NCBI GenBank assembly: GCA_905178155.1
Contig: CAJINV010000003.1
Location: 2,769,715-2,833,714, forward strand
Origin: Amoebophrya sp. A120
Lineage: Eukaryota; Protista; Dinoflagellata
Direction of reading: 5' to 3'
DNA length: 64,000 bases
The notes beneath the pieces were generated by a model. It saw only the letters and a program-made list of their open reading frames with translations. It ran no database searches and was not told the DNA's origin. Each line of letters begins with the position of its first letter. The first letter of the stretch is position 1. Of the stretch, positions 24,201 to 37,458 are shown piece by piece. A program made the translations under genes and the position numbers.

Positions 24201-25906
24201 CTGAAGGCCATCAATGTATATTTCAGTCCAGCAGGTGCGCACCGGACAGGACCAGGAGGCGCACTGCGCGAGATAAAACAAAATCAGACGAGTACGAGAG
24301 CAGTTGTGCGTGATATGAAAAACGTAGGAGAAGTTCTAGATACCATGCGACTGTCGGAGCTCTCTGGTTGTGTGTGGTCCCGGATGGTGAGCGACTGGAC
24401 CGCGCCAGTCCCACCTGCGCTCGCAGCCAAGATGTCGCAATAGGAAAAAACCGGAAATTTCTTTTCCTCCATACTACAAAATCGGTACAAATCCGACGCC
24501 GTGCGCTGGTGCTGACGCTCCGGGTTGGCCAACCCGACAACGTCCGCGCCTCGCGAGGCCAGAGTCTCGGCGATGCGAAAGGCCTCGCTTGTCCCGCCAA
24601 CCACCACCACTTTCTTGCCGGTCAACCGTTTGACGCGCGCTGCCTGGTCCCAGAAGACTACTCCGGGAAGGTCCTGTGAAAAATATCAAGTACAATACTT
24701 TTACGTGACGTGAGTGTGTCGGGCTCGAGGGTTCACGACTTTCGTCGTAGCATACCTCGATGTTAACGGGAGCAAGAGGGGTATTGATGAGGCTTCCTGA
24801 CGCAATGAACATGACGACTGTAATCTACAACGGCTCGGATGATGAAAGAACAATGAGTCATTTGTTTCTGAAGCAACTTTTCTTCTTTTTCTTCGGTCGT
24901 TCAGAAACAGGATCGGTTTCGGTCGAGTTCACTAAAAAACCAAATCAAAAATGGCCACACTGTTGTACATTGCCGGGGAAAACCGCATAACCCGGACGGC
25001 CGCCACACGCGAACACCACTGCTTTTTCCGGCTTGCACAAACGGTATCGATCCGCGTCGGCGTAGTGCACTCCTAAGTACCCGTCACTGAACACTCCGAC
25101 CACCTGGGCCTGGAGATGTATCCTGAGGAAAAACGTACCCACACCAGAGTCAGGATGGGGATTTTGCAACACAAACCTAGGAGCTTTGTGAGTCACGCAT
25201 GACAAGTTGCACTCTGCAGTGTAGTGCAGGTTAGCAAGTGCAGCCGCATCACAGATTCATCTGCTCATCCTGTTCACAGCATCACAAATTCCTAAACACG
25301 ATTGGAAATGGCTCTCATGGGGATGCGCATTACACGTCTTCCTGTCTTTGGCTTTGCAAATCTGCATTACAACTCTGGCGTGGGGACGTTTTTACTCAGG
25401 ATAAGATGTGAACACGGTTCAGCCTTCCTGAGCGTCGACTCCTCTAGACACGATTGGGGCGCCACTGCTTGTTCTCGATAGACATCAGCGCCGCTAGACG
25501 CTGCAGGTCCGGCTGGTTGTTTGCTTTCAGACGCCAAGAAGAAATTGTCGGATCCACCCAGGCGCTCGCCTTTCTCAAAAAGTCGTATCCTTGACGGTCG
25601 TCCCGTATTCGGTAGTTCATGCAGTGCGTTTGCAACTGCAACGCCCCCGGCTCCCCCTCCGACAATGAGAACATCGCAAATGTCTGGAGTGCCGGAGATA
25701 CCTCCTTCAGAACGGTTGAGGAGTGTCGTGTCACCGCCTTGCGAAGATTGCCCCGGTCCTCCTGAAGCAGGTGCCTCACAGTGTGACGAACCGATGACAG
25801 AGTGAGCGATCCTGTTCAAGCGCCGGCACGGGGCCCCAACCGCATCTTGCGCTTGCCCACGCATCACTGGGCTTGCTGGGGTACGTTGTTGACGCATTTT
25901 CGTCAA
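21245..25906 (-). CDS. Fused flavoprotein: pyridine nucleotide-disulfide oxidoreductase-like + BFD-like [2Fe-2S] + DAO/sarcosine oxidase beta-like (proline/opine dehydrogenase alpha-beta type)
   Basis: DVLIVGGGAGG...FEKGERLGG; AVVFACGGRPGYAVFPGN; GKKVVVVGG; IVCRCEKV...KQLTRQGMGYCGGYQC; DIIVLGAGAVG; RRIWRGLYANTTDGNPLVG...GLGGQGFMLGPGVA. Several introns; the start is uncertain. Confidence 0.8.
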
Positions 25907-26976
25907 ATGTGAAGACCTTTGTTGATCTACGCTGTTGCCTGTTCACACCACACGATAATATTGCTGCGCCGCAAATACTAGCACCAGGAGCGCCTCCTGC
26001 AGCTGGTCCGGCTTTGCTCGCAATTTCCCACGACTAAGTATAAGCAAGCAATACGTGACCGATCCGAATTTGCTGCAACGAGCGGCATCATAATACCACG
26101 TCGTTTCTCATCACGAAAAAAAAAGCAAATAAATCATCCGACTTAAGATAGCAATAGTCACACAGCCTCGGAAACTTAACGGATCACCAGGGTTAAACTT
26201 CAAAACTCAACTTTCTGGAACGACAGAGATCACTCATCCGATTGGGAGTACTCAGGGACAACGACATGAGGAAAACGAAAATGTCAACTAGTATTTGATG
26301 TAGACATAGTAGTGCGAGATGTAATTCATAGGCGGCTATCAGGGGTGGGGATGATATGGTCAATAGGGTTATGGTCCTGCTCAATTGTTCGGCATGACCA
26401 TGCTTCAATGTCAATTAAGGTTGTCGTGCCAAAGCGAGACTCACACTTTTATGGACGAGTTTTCGAGCTATCGAAATCTGACTCTTGTGGAAAAAGTTTT
26501 CCGAACACAACAGGCCTTTCCGCGCTCGTACAACTGCATGGAACACGATTGCGTAGCAGGGTAATTCCACTTACAGGATAGATTTTTCACATTACTACAT
26601 TGGAAACGAAGTCTACTAACGGGAAGTAGCAAGTGCAACACAACTCCATTACGTCGATGTCACCTAGCTCCTTGACGTTTCAATTTCTAGTGCGGCACGC
26701 ACCTCTGAGTGACCGTAAGGCAACATTAAGGCTCATCAAAAACCAAAAACGTCGAATCGCTGCGGTATCAAACCTCTACCTCAGGCCTAGCCCCTTGTCC
26801 CCAAATAGGCTACAAAATCTTGCATTTCCATTTGCGTTGGACTACTACAATTTCTGCAATGCCCAAGCACAAGTAGAAGTAGCTGTAGCTCGACCACCTC
26901 GAGTATAGTTTATCGTATCGAAGGACAGTAGACGAGATCCGTGCCTTTGCACTACACTGACTACCACTTCTTAGGG

Positions 26977-29900
26977 TTAGGCTCCACCGGTTCTCATCTG
27001 TTGCTCCGAGCGTCTACCAGGGTCGTGACCTTGCCCCTCTGTAGAAGTTCCGGTCGCGGTCGTCTCGCCGGGAAGATCCTCGGCTGGGGCAGCAGGCATG
27101 CCCACCACGTGTCGATCGAGCCCGCCCACCGCCGCGAGAAGAAGGAGGACTTGTGCCAAGTCCGCCCCCGTGTGAACTAGCAGCGCGTGCGACTCGAACA
27201 GTTCCGCGGTGATCTCCCCCGTCGCATTGTCAAAGATCTGGTAACGGTCTCGAGGACGTCTCATCCGTATCGAAGTAGTTGTCGTGTTTCCTCCGGGGGC
27301 GGTTGTTCTTTTCTTGATGTTACGAGGACTATTTTGCATTTGCTCTGCGTGCTGTTGCACAGCACCTCTGGCAGCTGCCTCGAGTTCCTGCGGAACGACC
27401 TCTCCTGCACCGATCAAAGCACTTATTGATGTGTTCGACGTCGGATTTTTTGATATTATACTAGGGCCGCTTTTTCGGAGGTTCGGCCCAGCTTGCGGCG
27501 GTGCTCCGTTTTTGGCCGTGCCCGTATTTGAGGTGATGTCTCGATTGGTCTGTAGCTTCTGCTCTGTTTCCAGTGCCGGAACAACATCTTGTTGCTGATG
27601 TCCTTCCTCCACTTGTAGTACTTCCTCTGCCGCACCTTCACCTTCGGGTTGAAGGGCGCTTCTGCTTCTCTTTTTGGTGAGTTTTTTTCTGTCTTTGTTG
27701 TGACTTTTGTTGATCGCATTTTTATACTCCTTCGGCATAATTGCGGAAGCAGTTCCGTGGTCCGCGCCCTCAGCTTGGTCTGATCTTCCTTCTGCTCCAC
27801 CGGTTTTTAATGCTTCATCAACTTTTGACAAATCCTTCGCAACCTGCTTCCCCTGCGGAGGACTGGCACCCGCTCCTGGCGTGGTGCTGGTGGTCGCTTG
27901 CGGAGCCGGCACGGTAACGTGGGTTGCTGAAATTTGGCTAGTATTGGTGCTGGGAGAAGAAACAGACACAGACGGGGATCCGACGACGCGACTGGAAGGC
28001 GTTGGCGTTGTCGTCGCTGCGTGGCTGGGCAGACCTCCTGCGGAAGGTGAAGACAGATGACTGGGAATTATGGAGTGAGCCTGACTGGGTGCAGCTGCCA
28101 CTACTCCACTTGGCGCAGCTGCTGCGACAGAAGGAGTATTCGTAGTGATACTGCTAGCGGCTGATTTGGTGCTCGGAACCGCTGTTGAGGATGCGCCCCC
28201 GCCCTTGATGATTGCACTACTAGTACTAGTGCCTGACTTACTTTCCGCGGATGTTGTCGCCCCCGAAGCTGCGGAGGGTGCAGTTGCTGTGTCCTTGCTG
28301 GCAGATCTAGATTTAGGTGATTTCTTGGCCCTGCGTCCGATGCTTTTCATCTTCATTATCTGCTTCGAAAGCAACGCAACTTTTCCAGACGTGCTATGCG
28401 CTTTGGGAGTATGTTGGACAACTACGTTGACGCCCGCCGTCGGGGGCATCGAGACCCCGGGGGAAGATACGTCGCCGGTTGCTGTCGTAGAAGACGCAGC
28501 TGGCGCAGCAGCAACAGGGGCCGCTCCCGTCTCCCCGGTCCCACCTGCCGCGGTCGTGCTTGATTCTTCCAGCAAGGGCTGTGCAGCATCTGCCCTGGTT
28601 TTGGCCGTCGACGAAATGGAGCGAGCTGAAGCTCCTGCCGTAGTTCTTGCGGCGTTGTCCTTATTTTGCGCGACGAGGACCTCTGAAGTTGTCTTGGTGT
28701 CGCTGTTGGCGTCGGTTTTTACTTTTTCTACTTTGGAAAGCAGTCGCACCGGGCCCAATTCCAAAATGGTGTTCAACGCGCTCAAAAGTGATTCTGCCTC
28801 TCGTATGTCCCTCAGGGCTGGATTTCGCTCTCGCAGCATGTCCGAAGTCATAAACGCCGCGGGGAATTCCAGGCTTTGGCTCCGTGGCGAGATCTGCATT
28901 TCCCCGGTCGTGGTTCCGGGGAAGGTTGTGGCTGGTGTGGCGGTAAATGTCGAAGTACTTCGTTGGTCGCTCAGGCTCGGACGGTATATGATCCAGCGAG
29001 CGGTTGGTGCAGAAGATGCATCAACCGTTTTCCTCGAGGAATCATAACCGTGCTCTGCCAGGGGGGCCTCTCCTGCTGTATTAACGGGCTGTTCTGTGGT
29101 AGTGCTCCCGGCGGCACTACTAGAGTTGTCTGCACCAGCTGCTGTGCTGTCTCCTGCATCTGCGGTAGCGGCTGGGGCACCGTAAGTATCATGAGAAAAA
29201 AGTGTTACAGTTACACACTCGTTGGAGTTTTTGCATCACAAATTTTCTCTGTGTGGCAGAGAAAACTTGTAATGCGAAGATCATAAGGGAAAACAGGAAG
29301 GAAACGAGGCTCCCAAGCATTTCCTGCATGAGACAGGTTGTCTGTGTTGCCGATCTTGCAACACAATGGGTAACTGTAACACTTTTTTCTTGTGATAGTA
29401 AGCGGACCGCGTGCCCGGGAACCACTCGAAGCGGTCTGGATTGTCGGCACTTTGCACCAATTCGCCGAATATCAACTGCAAAAGTGTCTGGGTGTGGAAG
29501 AGTCATGCTGCTCTTGCATGACACAGAAGGTCTGGCATGGAAGCTCTAGCATCACAGATTTCGAGAAGCTTCCGCAATGCCGAAACCGCATGACAAATGC
29601 CCCATTTTGGTGGCAGAAAGTGGGCAGCTTTTGCTGCCTATGCATGAGAGATTTTTGTATGTTGTGAAATGCGCATCACAGATTTGCATTCTTCCAGACC
29701 CAGACATATTTGCAATGCATACCGAAAGGAAATAAAAACTTCGTCTTGTACTGCTCGCCGGGCCGAGCAAGCTGGTGAAAAATATTGGCGTACAGTGTAA
29801 AAACTTCCCAGACACGTGCCTCGGAAAAATTTGACCCCACTCCATCGTGGGCCCCCATCGGGGGGCGCTCGCGAACGACTGCAATCGGGATGGTGTAGCC

Positions 29901-32090
29901 CAGAAAGAGTACGACAGTGGGAACGCCTTGGTCCATGACCTCTTCTGGGGCAGGAAGCTCGTACTGAAGTTGGAAGCTGTATCATACGGAAATGCGCAGC
30001 GCAGCGTCCGGGTTCGTCGTGTCACAAATGGCAAATCAGTGCGTCTGTGACTGTGTAGGTGTACTGTTCTTACTGAGTGAGAGTGATGCAGAAAATGAAA
30101 AATTAAAATAAATGTAAGTCTATCATCATCGCCCACGTCTAAGGAGAAGAAGATCTTTCTCCTGCGCTATGCAAGTTGGGATGAAATCAAGCATCGCTCA
30201 TCCAGACCTTGACGCAAAACTCTTCATGCTGATGATTCTTGTCCATTGCGACCTGTCCAGTAAAACTTTGTCAGCGTTTTCCTGTATGATAAGCTGTTTG
30301 TTGAAACCATGTAGTCCACTGCGTCACCCGTGTCGGTTCCACTTGTCAAAGCTAAGTGACTCTGCCGGGCATAGTCTCTGTCGGAGACGTCGAGAAAGAC
30401 AAAGCGGTCTTTGTACTTCCGATTGAGTTGCACCTCCAGGACTTGCGGCCGGGTCATCAGGAAGGACTCCGGTTCCTCGACTTCCTCGTCGGAGTCGGAC
30501 TGGCCCACGAGTGCGTGCTGAAAGTCACTCGGCTGGAGGAGCGGCGCAATGGGCAGCACCGGCAGCTTCAGCTGTTTCAGGTGTTCCCGCCGCGCTTTCT
30601 TGGCCTGCTTCTCCTGCAGCCGCTGCCGTTTCTCTTCTCTTTTACGGGATTCCTTGACGTACCACACGATAGCCCCCGCAATGCCGCCGCCGACCAGGAT
30701 AACCGTCAAGCTGATCCACAGCGCACAGAGACAATTACCTTCCCCGCCTCCAGGCGGACTGGTGGCGGTCCCCCCGCCGAGGAGGGGGCCATTTTTTATT
30801 TTATCGTCTGGCCCGGGTGTCGTTACCGACCCCGACGTGCCAATCAGGTTGTGATTTTCGCCACCTAATCGAGAAGGGTAATGAGCTTCTTTTGCAGAGT
30901 CTCTGCTACCGCCTCCTAGCAGCTCAGGGTGGTCCTCAAACACAACCTCATGCTCTGGTGCTGGTGCAAAGGCGGGCTGGAGGTCCTGGGGGGGTTCGGA
31001 TTGCTCTGGCGCTGGTGCTCCTTCGGAAGGCTGCAGCTCCTGGGGGGATTCGGATTGCAGCTCTGGCGCTGGCGCTTCGGAAGGCGGGAGGTTCTGGGGG
31101 GATTCGGACTTCAACTTCTTTGTCTTTCGCATAGATAATAAGCTTTGCCCGCTTTTTGGTTTTAGCCGGTGTTCCTGTTCCACCAGGGAAAATTCGCCTT
31201 TACTTCTGTCCGCAGCAACCAGCGTGCTTGTTGTAGACACTCGGTTTAATATTTTGGCTTGCGGTCGTGTCAGCAGTGCGGTTCCTCGCGGGCCGTCATC
31301 TTGCTGTTGCTCTTGCTCTGTCCCATTTTCTTTTTGTCCTTGGAAATTATTTTTAGCCCAGTTGCTAGTAATAGTAGTAAGCGTCGTGGTTGTCGCCTTG
31401 CGCTGCACGTCAGGATCAGGAAGCGAACCTACAACGTATGGGTCGTCTGCCGTTGCGGCTTGAAGGAGTGAAAACTGTGGTCTCCATTCCTCTTCCTGTG
31501 ACTCTGCGGTTGGTGCTTTATTTCCTGCTGTCCCTGTAGCATCATCTTTATGATGCTGACGAGTACGTGTTCGTTGTTCGTCCGGGCGTAGAAGGGAAGC
31601 TCCTACTTCTGCACGATTCCGAGAGCGCGTTCCTCGAGCTTCCAGTGTCTCTTCCCCTGCCTGCTTCCTAGCAACATCTACTTCTTCGTGTAGCAGCAGG
31701 GCAGAGGACTTCGACTTCTGTGTCAATGAAACAGAAACATGATCTTCAAGTGCCTCCGCCTTCTCGCTACTGGATCCATATCGCTTCACCAGAATCGACG
31801 TTTTCCGAATTTTGTTCCGAGCGTGCAACTGGAGCCCTCCAGCACCTGTCGTGCGGCGTTCCACGAGACGTGTCATCGTTCTCTTCTTGCGCTTGACGAG
31901 CATCAAGAATCTTCTTCCGTGGTTGCGCTACTCCACGTCAACATCCGTCTATTCTGTTGTTCCATCTTTGCGGCCTTTTACCGGATTCGGGTTCTTTTTC
32001 CGGTCCTGACAGTTGTAAGAACTGTTCATGAGCAAGGTTCTTGGCGACATGCGATTTAGAAACGACCACGATGAAGATAGAACTTCGCAT
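26977..32090 (-). CDS. Large low-complexity single-pass membrane protein (ORFs 30224..31906 and 26977..28899 probably one spliced gene)
   Basis: TM segment LWISLTVILVGGGIAGAIVWYV followed by basic residues; Ser/Thr/Ala-rich C-terminus; frame is continuous across two introners at 29187-29397 and 29470-29721. Confidence 0.55.
29187..29397. mobile_element. MITE/introner family B (28-bp TIR, 5-bp TSD GTAAG)
   Basis: TATCATGAGAAAAAAGTGTTACAGTTAC ... GTAACTGTAACACTTTTTTCTTGTGATA; GTAAG at 29182-29186 and 29398-29402. Confidence 0.9.
29470..29721. mobile_element. MITE/introner family A (5-bp TSD CCGAA)
   Basis: TATCAACTGCAAAAGTGTCTGGGTGTGGAA ... TTCCAGACCCAGACATATTTGCAATGCATA; CCGAA at 29465-29469 and 29722-29726. 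Confidence 0.9.
30950..31110 (-). repeat. Coding tandem repeat (3 x ~18 aa SESPQ(E/N/D)LQPSEAPAPE)
   Basis: Three degenerate ~54-bp units in ORF 30224..31906. Confidence 0.8.
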
Positions 32091-33704
32091 GCTCATTTTG
32101 CTTCTGGCAAGCGCGTGCGCGTTCCATTCTGGTTTGTAAAGCTCAAGTAGTTACAGAACGGGGGAGGGACCAGACGCCAAAGGCCACCTAAACATAAGGA
32201 TCGTATTGAGGGGAATATTTCGTTTAGCATCGACGATTGACGATTTTCAATGTCTTTGACTCTGGCTTGCAATATGGAAATGCATCATCTTCTGTTCTTG
32301 TCGTATTCCCAAGACATTAAAAAGCAATTCGAACATATGGAGAAGAAGTAATAGTAAACGACTTGATGAACCTTAATTCACTTTGATGGGCTTGTCCTTT
32401 TTTTGAACAGTCAGAACGTACACAAAAGTAGCTCAAGAACGACGCATGCTGGACGACACGACGAAAGGATGAAGATGCTTCAAAGAACGAGTATGACGAT
32501 AGGACTATGTTTGAAGAACGACCAGTTGTAAGCACGACAGCAAGCTAGACTCATCTAACTCCAACAGTAAATACGGCTTCGGAATAAAATCCTCAAGCAC
32601 CCAACATCTGGTGCTGGGGCGGAAGGGCGACTGCCGAACATCGTACCGCTTCCTGTAGCCGTGCGCTTTTCATATTCAAAAATGTCGGCTACATACACGG
32701 CACAGTGGGCGGTACTACGCAATCGACTTTTTCTTTGATTTTGGAAGTTTCTTTCGTCCACCAATTGGATGTTTTCCCGTTCGATCGGACGGAACCAGAA
32801 GAGGACTTCCTTGTTGTGCATCGCTACATTTTTGAAATGGCGACGTGGTCCGCAACACCATGCGTCTTCGATTCACATTCACCGCGTCGTTGCAGCGAAT
32901 ACAAAAAAATCTCCGCTTACTTATTCTTCTCGCTTGCTCCGTAACAAAATAGACGAAATGCCAATGATTTGGACGACGTATCATTGTCCGCTTGAACATA
33001 GAGTTATTTTCCATTGCTGATTCTGATTCTGTAAAATAAATGCAAAGTTGTTTTCTGGGTCCAGTACTATTTCCGCCACAAGACTACTTGTGACAACTGT
33101 TGTGCAGCTCTGGGTCGCATACAACTGCGTTGACAATAAAACCTTGGTGGAAGATCGTGCACAATGATGCTAAAATTGCGTTGCGCTTGCGAAAAAAAAC
33201 AGCTAGTCATCGTCCGTCGCGGAGAAGGTCTTGTAGTCCTCGCGCTGCATCTCTCCACCGTTCACCGGATCGAACCGGCACTTGAAATATGACCTGAACA
33301 ATGATTTTCCTGCATCTTTATCATGTGCATGATCATAGGTTCGCATCGTTGCGGTGATACATAGTACTGTCGTGTGCAGCTTACAACATTGACACTATGA
33401 AAGATGTGTAGATAGTCCTTTTCTTCTAGAAAGATATCTCGGTGAAAGTGCCTGCGACCACCCGAAAAAATCACTAATAAAACTGCAAGCTGCGCCACGC
33501 CACTCACTTTGTACTGATTTTGAAATTCTTGTTCTTTGTAGTGAGCAGGTGAGTTGCTGATATTAAAGCTCTGAGAATGATGAAGCCGCGTAATCCATTT
33601 TTCGAAGGTAGACAGAGCAGCTGTACCCGCTTTATTGCGCCAAAAACAACATCACAACTGTGGCACTTTCTTTTGTTGTATCCTCAGAGTGACCCAAATG
33701 CTGC

Positions 33705-36608
33705 TCACTTGGGTGGAGGCAGAAACATTGCATCACCAGGAGATAGAACGACATGCTGAAAAGGGCTGCTCATTTTTGGCAATTCTTGCTGCCGCGTCTG
33801 CCTCTGTTCTCGTACTTCTTACAACTACAATAGAGGGCGCATTTTATTTTCCTGTGTCCCAGCCATACTTACAACGAGGCCCCAGTCGTGATGTCTGTGT
33901 CTTGTCTCGTGGATATGTTTGCACAGGCAACTATGACGGTGTTTGGGTCGCTTCCAAAACAGACGAGGCTCCGGTAGTCCTGCACACGAAATTGGGCGAA
34001 GCTCCACTCGGAAGAGAAGTAGCTGAGGCCGAGAAAGCTAAAATTACTGCGTCGATTGGCAAGGGACAGATTGAGGTCTAGATTCGGGTCGCCGGCCGCG
34101 CTGTGACTCTGCATCACTGCGAAAACGTGTATCGTTCCCTTGTCAGAGCTCACCACTACCCATTGGCTGTTCTGACTAAACGTTATGCACTGTATGTCCG
34201 CGCGGTCGACACCACGTCGCAACTCCTGAAGAAGACCTCCGGTTTCCGCATCGAATCTGGGTAGTGGATATTTTTCACTGACTTTTTTAAAGTAGATGTA
34301 CTCATCATGATACAGCTATTGTCCCTATCACCGTTTCAACAAAATCAGAGGTCTTTCATTTGTTTCCGCGGTCAAGTAGATGGAAACCTCTTTGACTTTG
34401 CCTCGATGCAGCAAGAAACCACAGCTGAGTAAACTCAATCAACAAGCATTCTCCTATTTCTAGTACGTCCGTGAAATAACCACGAGCAAGAGAAAAATGA
34501 AAATCTTCTGAGGAAATGCGACATATACATTCGAATCAGTGTTCCCTTGTCACTGGCGCTTGCAACGAGCGTGCCTTCGAAATTCAGGGACAGTTGAGAG
34601 ACTTTCGACTCGTGCGCCGTTATGAGCGTGGTCTTTTCTCTGCAATTCTGCATTCGAGTAAAGTCCCCACCTTGATTTTTTTATTTGCGGATACATTGTT
34701 CATTGCTAAGCAATACGCATGTACAGCTCCATTTTTCGGCTTTGTAGTTCACGACAACTTATTTTTCCATGTTTTATAAACTCGAAAAGTAGAAAACCAT
34801 CAATTTCAATAACGTGTGCAAGTGCCTACGCCTAGTGGTAACAGGGCACAATAAAGAATCGCATCCAAATTCAGAAGTAAAATTACGGCTAGATCGACAT
34901 GACCTATTGGCATGCGGATAACACAAGATGAAAGATGTACTATTCGCTTCGTTACCTCCTTCTTTTTGTTCCTGATTATTCGTGGCTAGTCCAGACTGAG
35001 CACTCTGTATTTTCTGCTGCCCGTATGCATTGGAACGCTGTCTGGGTTGCAGGGAGCGAGAGCTGCAATAAAATTTCCGTGGCACTTTGCGGCCGTCGAG
35101 GCCGGCCAGGTCTGCATCCATCAGCAATATCAATGGTCGCATGCACGAAAACGGTCACACCGTGTCGCACGGCAATAGTACTTACTAGTATCAGTACCAC
35201 CAGAAGGAGCAGCTCCTATTGCAGATCTCTTGTCGTCTGATTCTATCAATCTTGAAGAGAAATCTGCAGTGCAGACTGCAGTGTGCAGTGGTCCTGGTCC
35301 AAACCGTGCGTTGGACACAGAACTGAGAATGCAAATGCCTGCAGCGGCAGCCCAATAAACCCATCCATCTGCACACGTGGATATGTCGTAGAACACCACG
35401 AGTATTTTGCCCTTTTGCACCCCGGGACAGGCGAGCACCGTTCTGTCTTGACTTGCGGACAGCGTACAGAGCCCTCGTGGGTTGGGAAACGTTTCTATAT
35501 GGTCAATCAGGGTCAGGTCGCTGAAACGGTATATGTACCTGAAAGATAATGATACAGGAATTCACAGCCTTTTGCTTTTTGTCACAACTCGAAGTCGAAT
35601 TCGGACCCTGCACGATTTTCAGCAGATTTGGGTCCTGAAAAAATGTGAAGAAGAGCGAAAACGCCAAATTGATTCGCCGCGTGTTACAACTGAATGTAGA
35701 TGGGCCTGTGGGTTTTGCAAAAGTAAGCAAAAACGAAAACAAGTTCAAGCTTACGGGTATTTCGAGAAGATTTGGATTTGGCGCAAAACTAAATTTGGTA
35801 AAAGACTATACACTTTTCGGTCGATGAGGACAAGCACGATGTCTCGCCGCAACTTGACCTGGCGCACCTGACTTCGGAACGAGAGCTCGGCGATGCGTAT
35901 GGACCGCAAAATTATGTTTTATCGTTAAGTAGATGGACGCAATGCACCACACAGGCACCAACGTCCTGCTCCGTTCATGCAATACTGATGTATCTTCGTC
36001 CTCGAGCTGCATTTTCGCTGCGAACTTTTGGCTGCGTCTCAGGGGAACAAGGTGTCTCCTGTTGTGATGTAATGATCGACATGTGCGATAGCGATTCGTT
36101 TCTTGCGGTGCATAGTACAACGCGGCGTCTTATCGTCCCAAATCATCACCTTGTGCGGCTGGAACCTTGGATTCGTGCCGCCACCGACCAGTGCTAGGAT
36201 GTTGCACCGAAACAGCATCGCAACGATGCAGAGGCCCCCACCGCCCTCGAACTCCCGCCGAAACGTGAGTCGGAATGGATCCGTGTTGTACCTGTTTTTC
36301 GGCAGGATAGCAAGCAGATCCTCTATGTATCGACGGCACTGGCAAAACTTTGATACACATGCGCCGGTCGGTCGTATTCTTGATTTCTCCGTGTATAAAA
36401 ATCCGCGCACAGGAGTGTCCTGTTGTTGTCCTATGCGACACATTGATATACAACGAGCGGCGCAAAAATGGTTCTTAAGGTACTAGGTAAGTGCAAAAAG
36501 AACTAGATACACTCGGAATCCATTTTCCGTGCCGCAGACAAAACAACTCTGGTCCTGGTTGAAGGCGATATACAGGATTTCATTGCATGGGTTGGAGGCG
36601 AGGTCCAT
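33705..36608 (-). CDS. ATG18: PROPPIN WD40 protein, ATG18/WIPI3-4 type
   Basis: [33 protein letters not shown]|YNTDPF...[14 protein letters not shown]...KVMIWDD; [29 protein letters not shown]; ELRRG phosphoinositide motif; [10 protein letters not shown]; [12 protein letters not shown]. The 3' end is approximate. Confidence 0.9.
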
Positions 36609-37458
36609 GTTGCGGACCACCAAACCAGCCGGCGCTCCACAAGACGAGGATCTCGCTGGTGTCCTCCAGCTTCAGTAAACCTGTCGCGGCTACATTCGAT
36701 AAGTACCCAAACAGCGCCTGTTCCTTGCCGCCCCCGCAGGGCTTCGATGTCGAGTCCGGTACTTTTAGCGCAGCAGGAGACGAGATGACGACCAAAGCGA
36801 CACTAGTTCTGTACGCTTCCAGTACTTGTTCTCCCTCATTTGTTCTGAGTACGCTACAGTAAATGTAAGCACAAAGTACTTATTTCGCGAGGAGGTGGAA
36901 TGGCAATGGAATCAGGGAAAGTAAAGTACGTTTGTGTTTTTGCCTTTGACGCGCAGATCTCGTACACTGAAACAACAGGAAGTGTACGTCGTTAATACAG
37001 ACTGCTTGGCAACTAACATATGAGACTGAAAAAGTTTGCGATGGCACCAATCTTGCAGAAGCAGACAGGAGTTTTCTTCGGGGGGCACAGAAGATTGGCC
37101 AATGTAACGAGTAGGCGTGTCGATTATTCGACAACTTCGTCATTATGGTTTTCCAATTAGGTTTTCATCTCTCCAACGTAGGCTATCTTGGGAAAAAGAG
37201 CGGAGAAAGGAGAAGCTGAACACCAATAATATCTTCAGAAGATGAGACACCCTTTCTTGCACGGGCCGGTGGTCGCCGGTCGACACAGGTTTTGGTTTGA
37301 TGTAGCTGTATTGATATTTGTACGCGTAAATGAGAACTTTGGTTGTACTTATTTTGCGCATGGTCGTTCCTATGTGCGTGGAAAAGAACAGCAATCCGCG
37401 TTCGTGGTGCGTTCTTCGGTAGTTCTTCGTTCGAGTTCCAGAATCAAAAGGCAGCTCG

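Noticed and set aside
15433-29047. Long plus-strand ORFs such as 15473..16063, 18327..18965, 23580..24158, 28145..29047
   Set aside because: Antisense shadows of GC-rich minus-strand exons.
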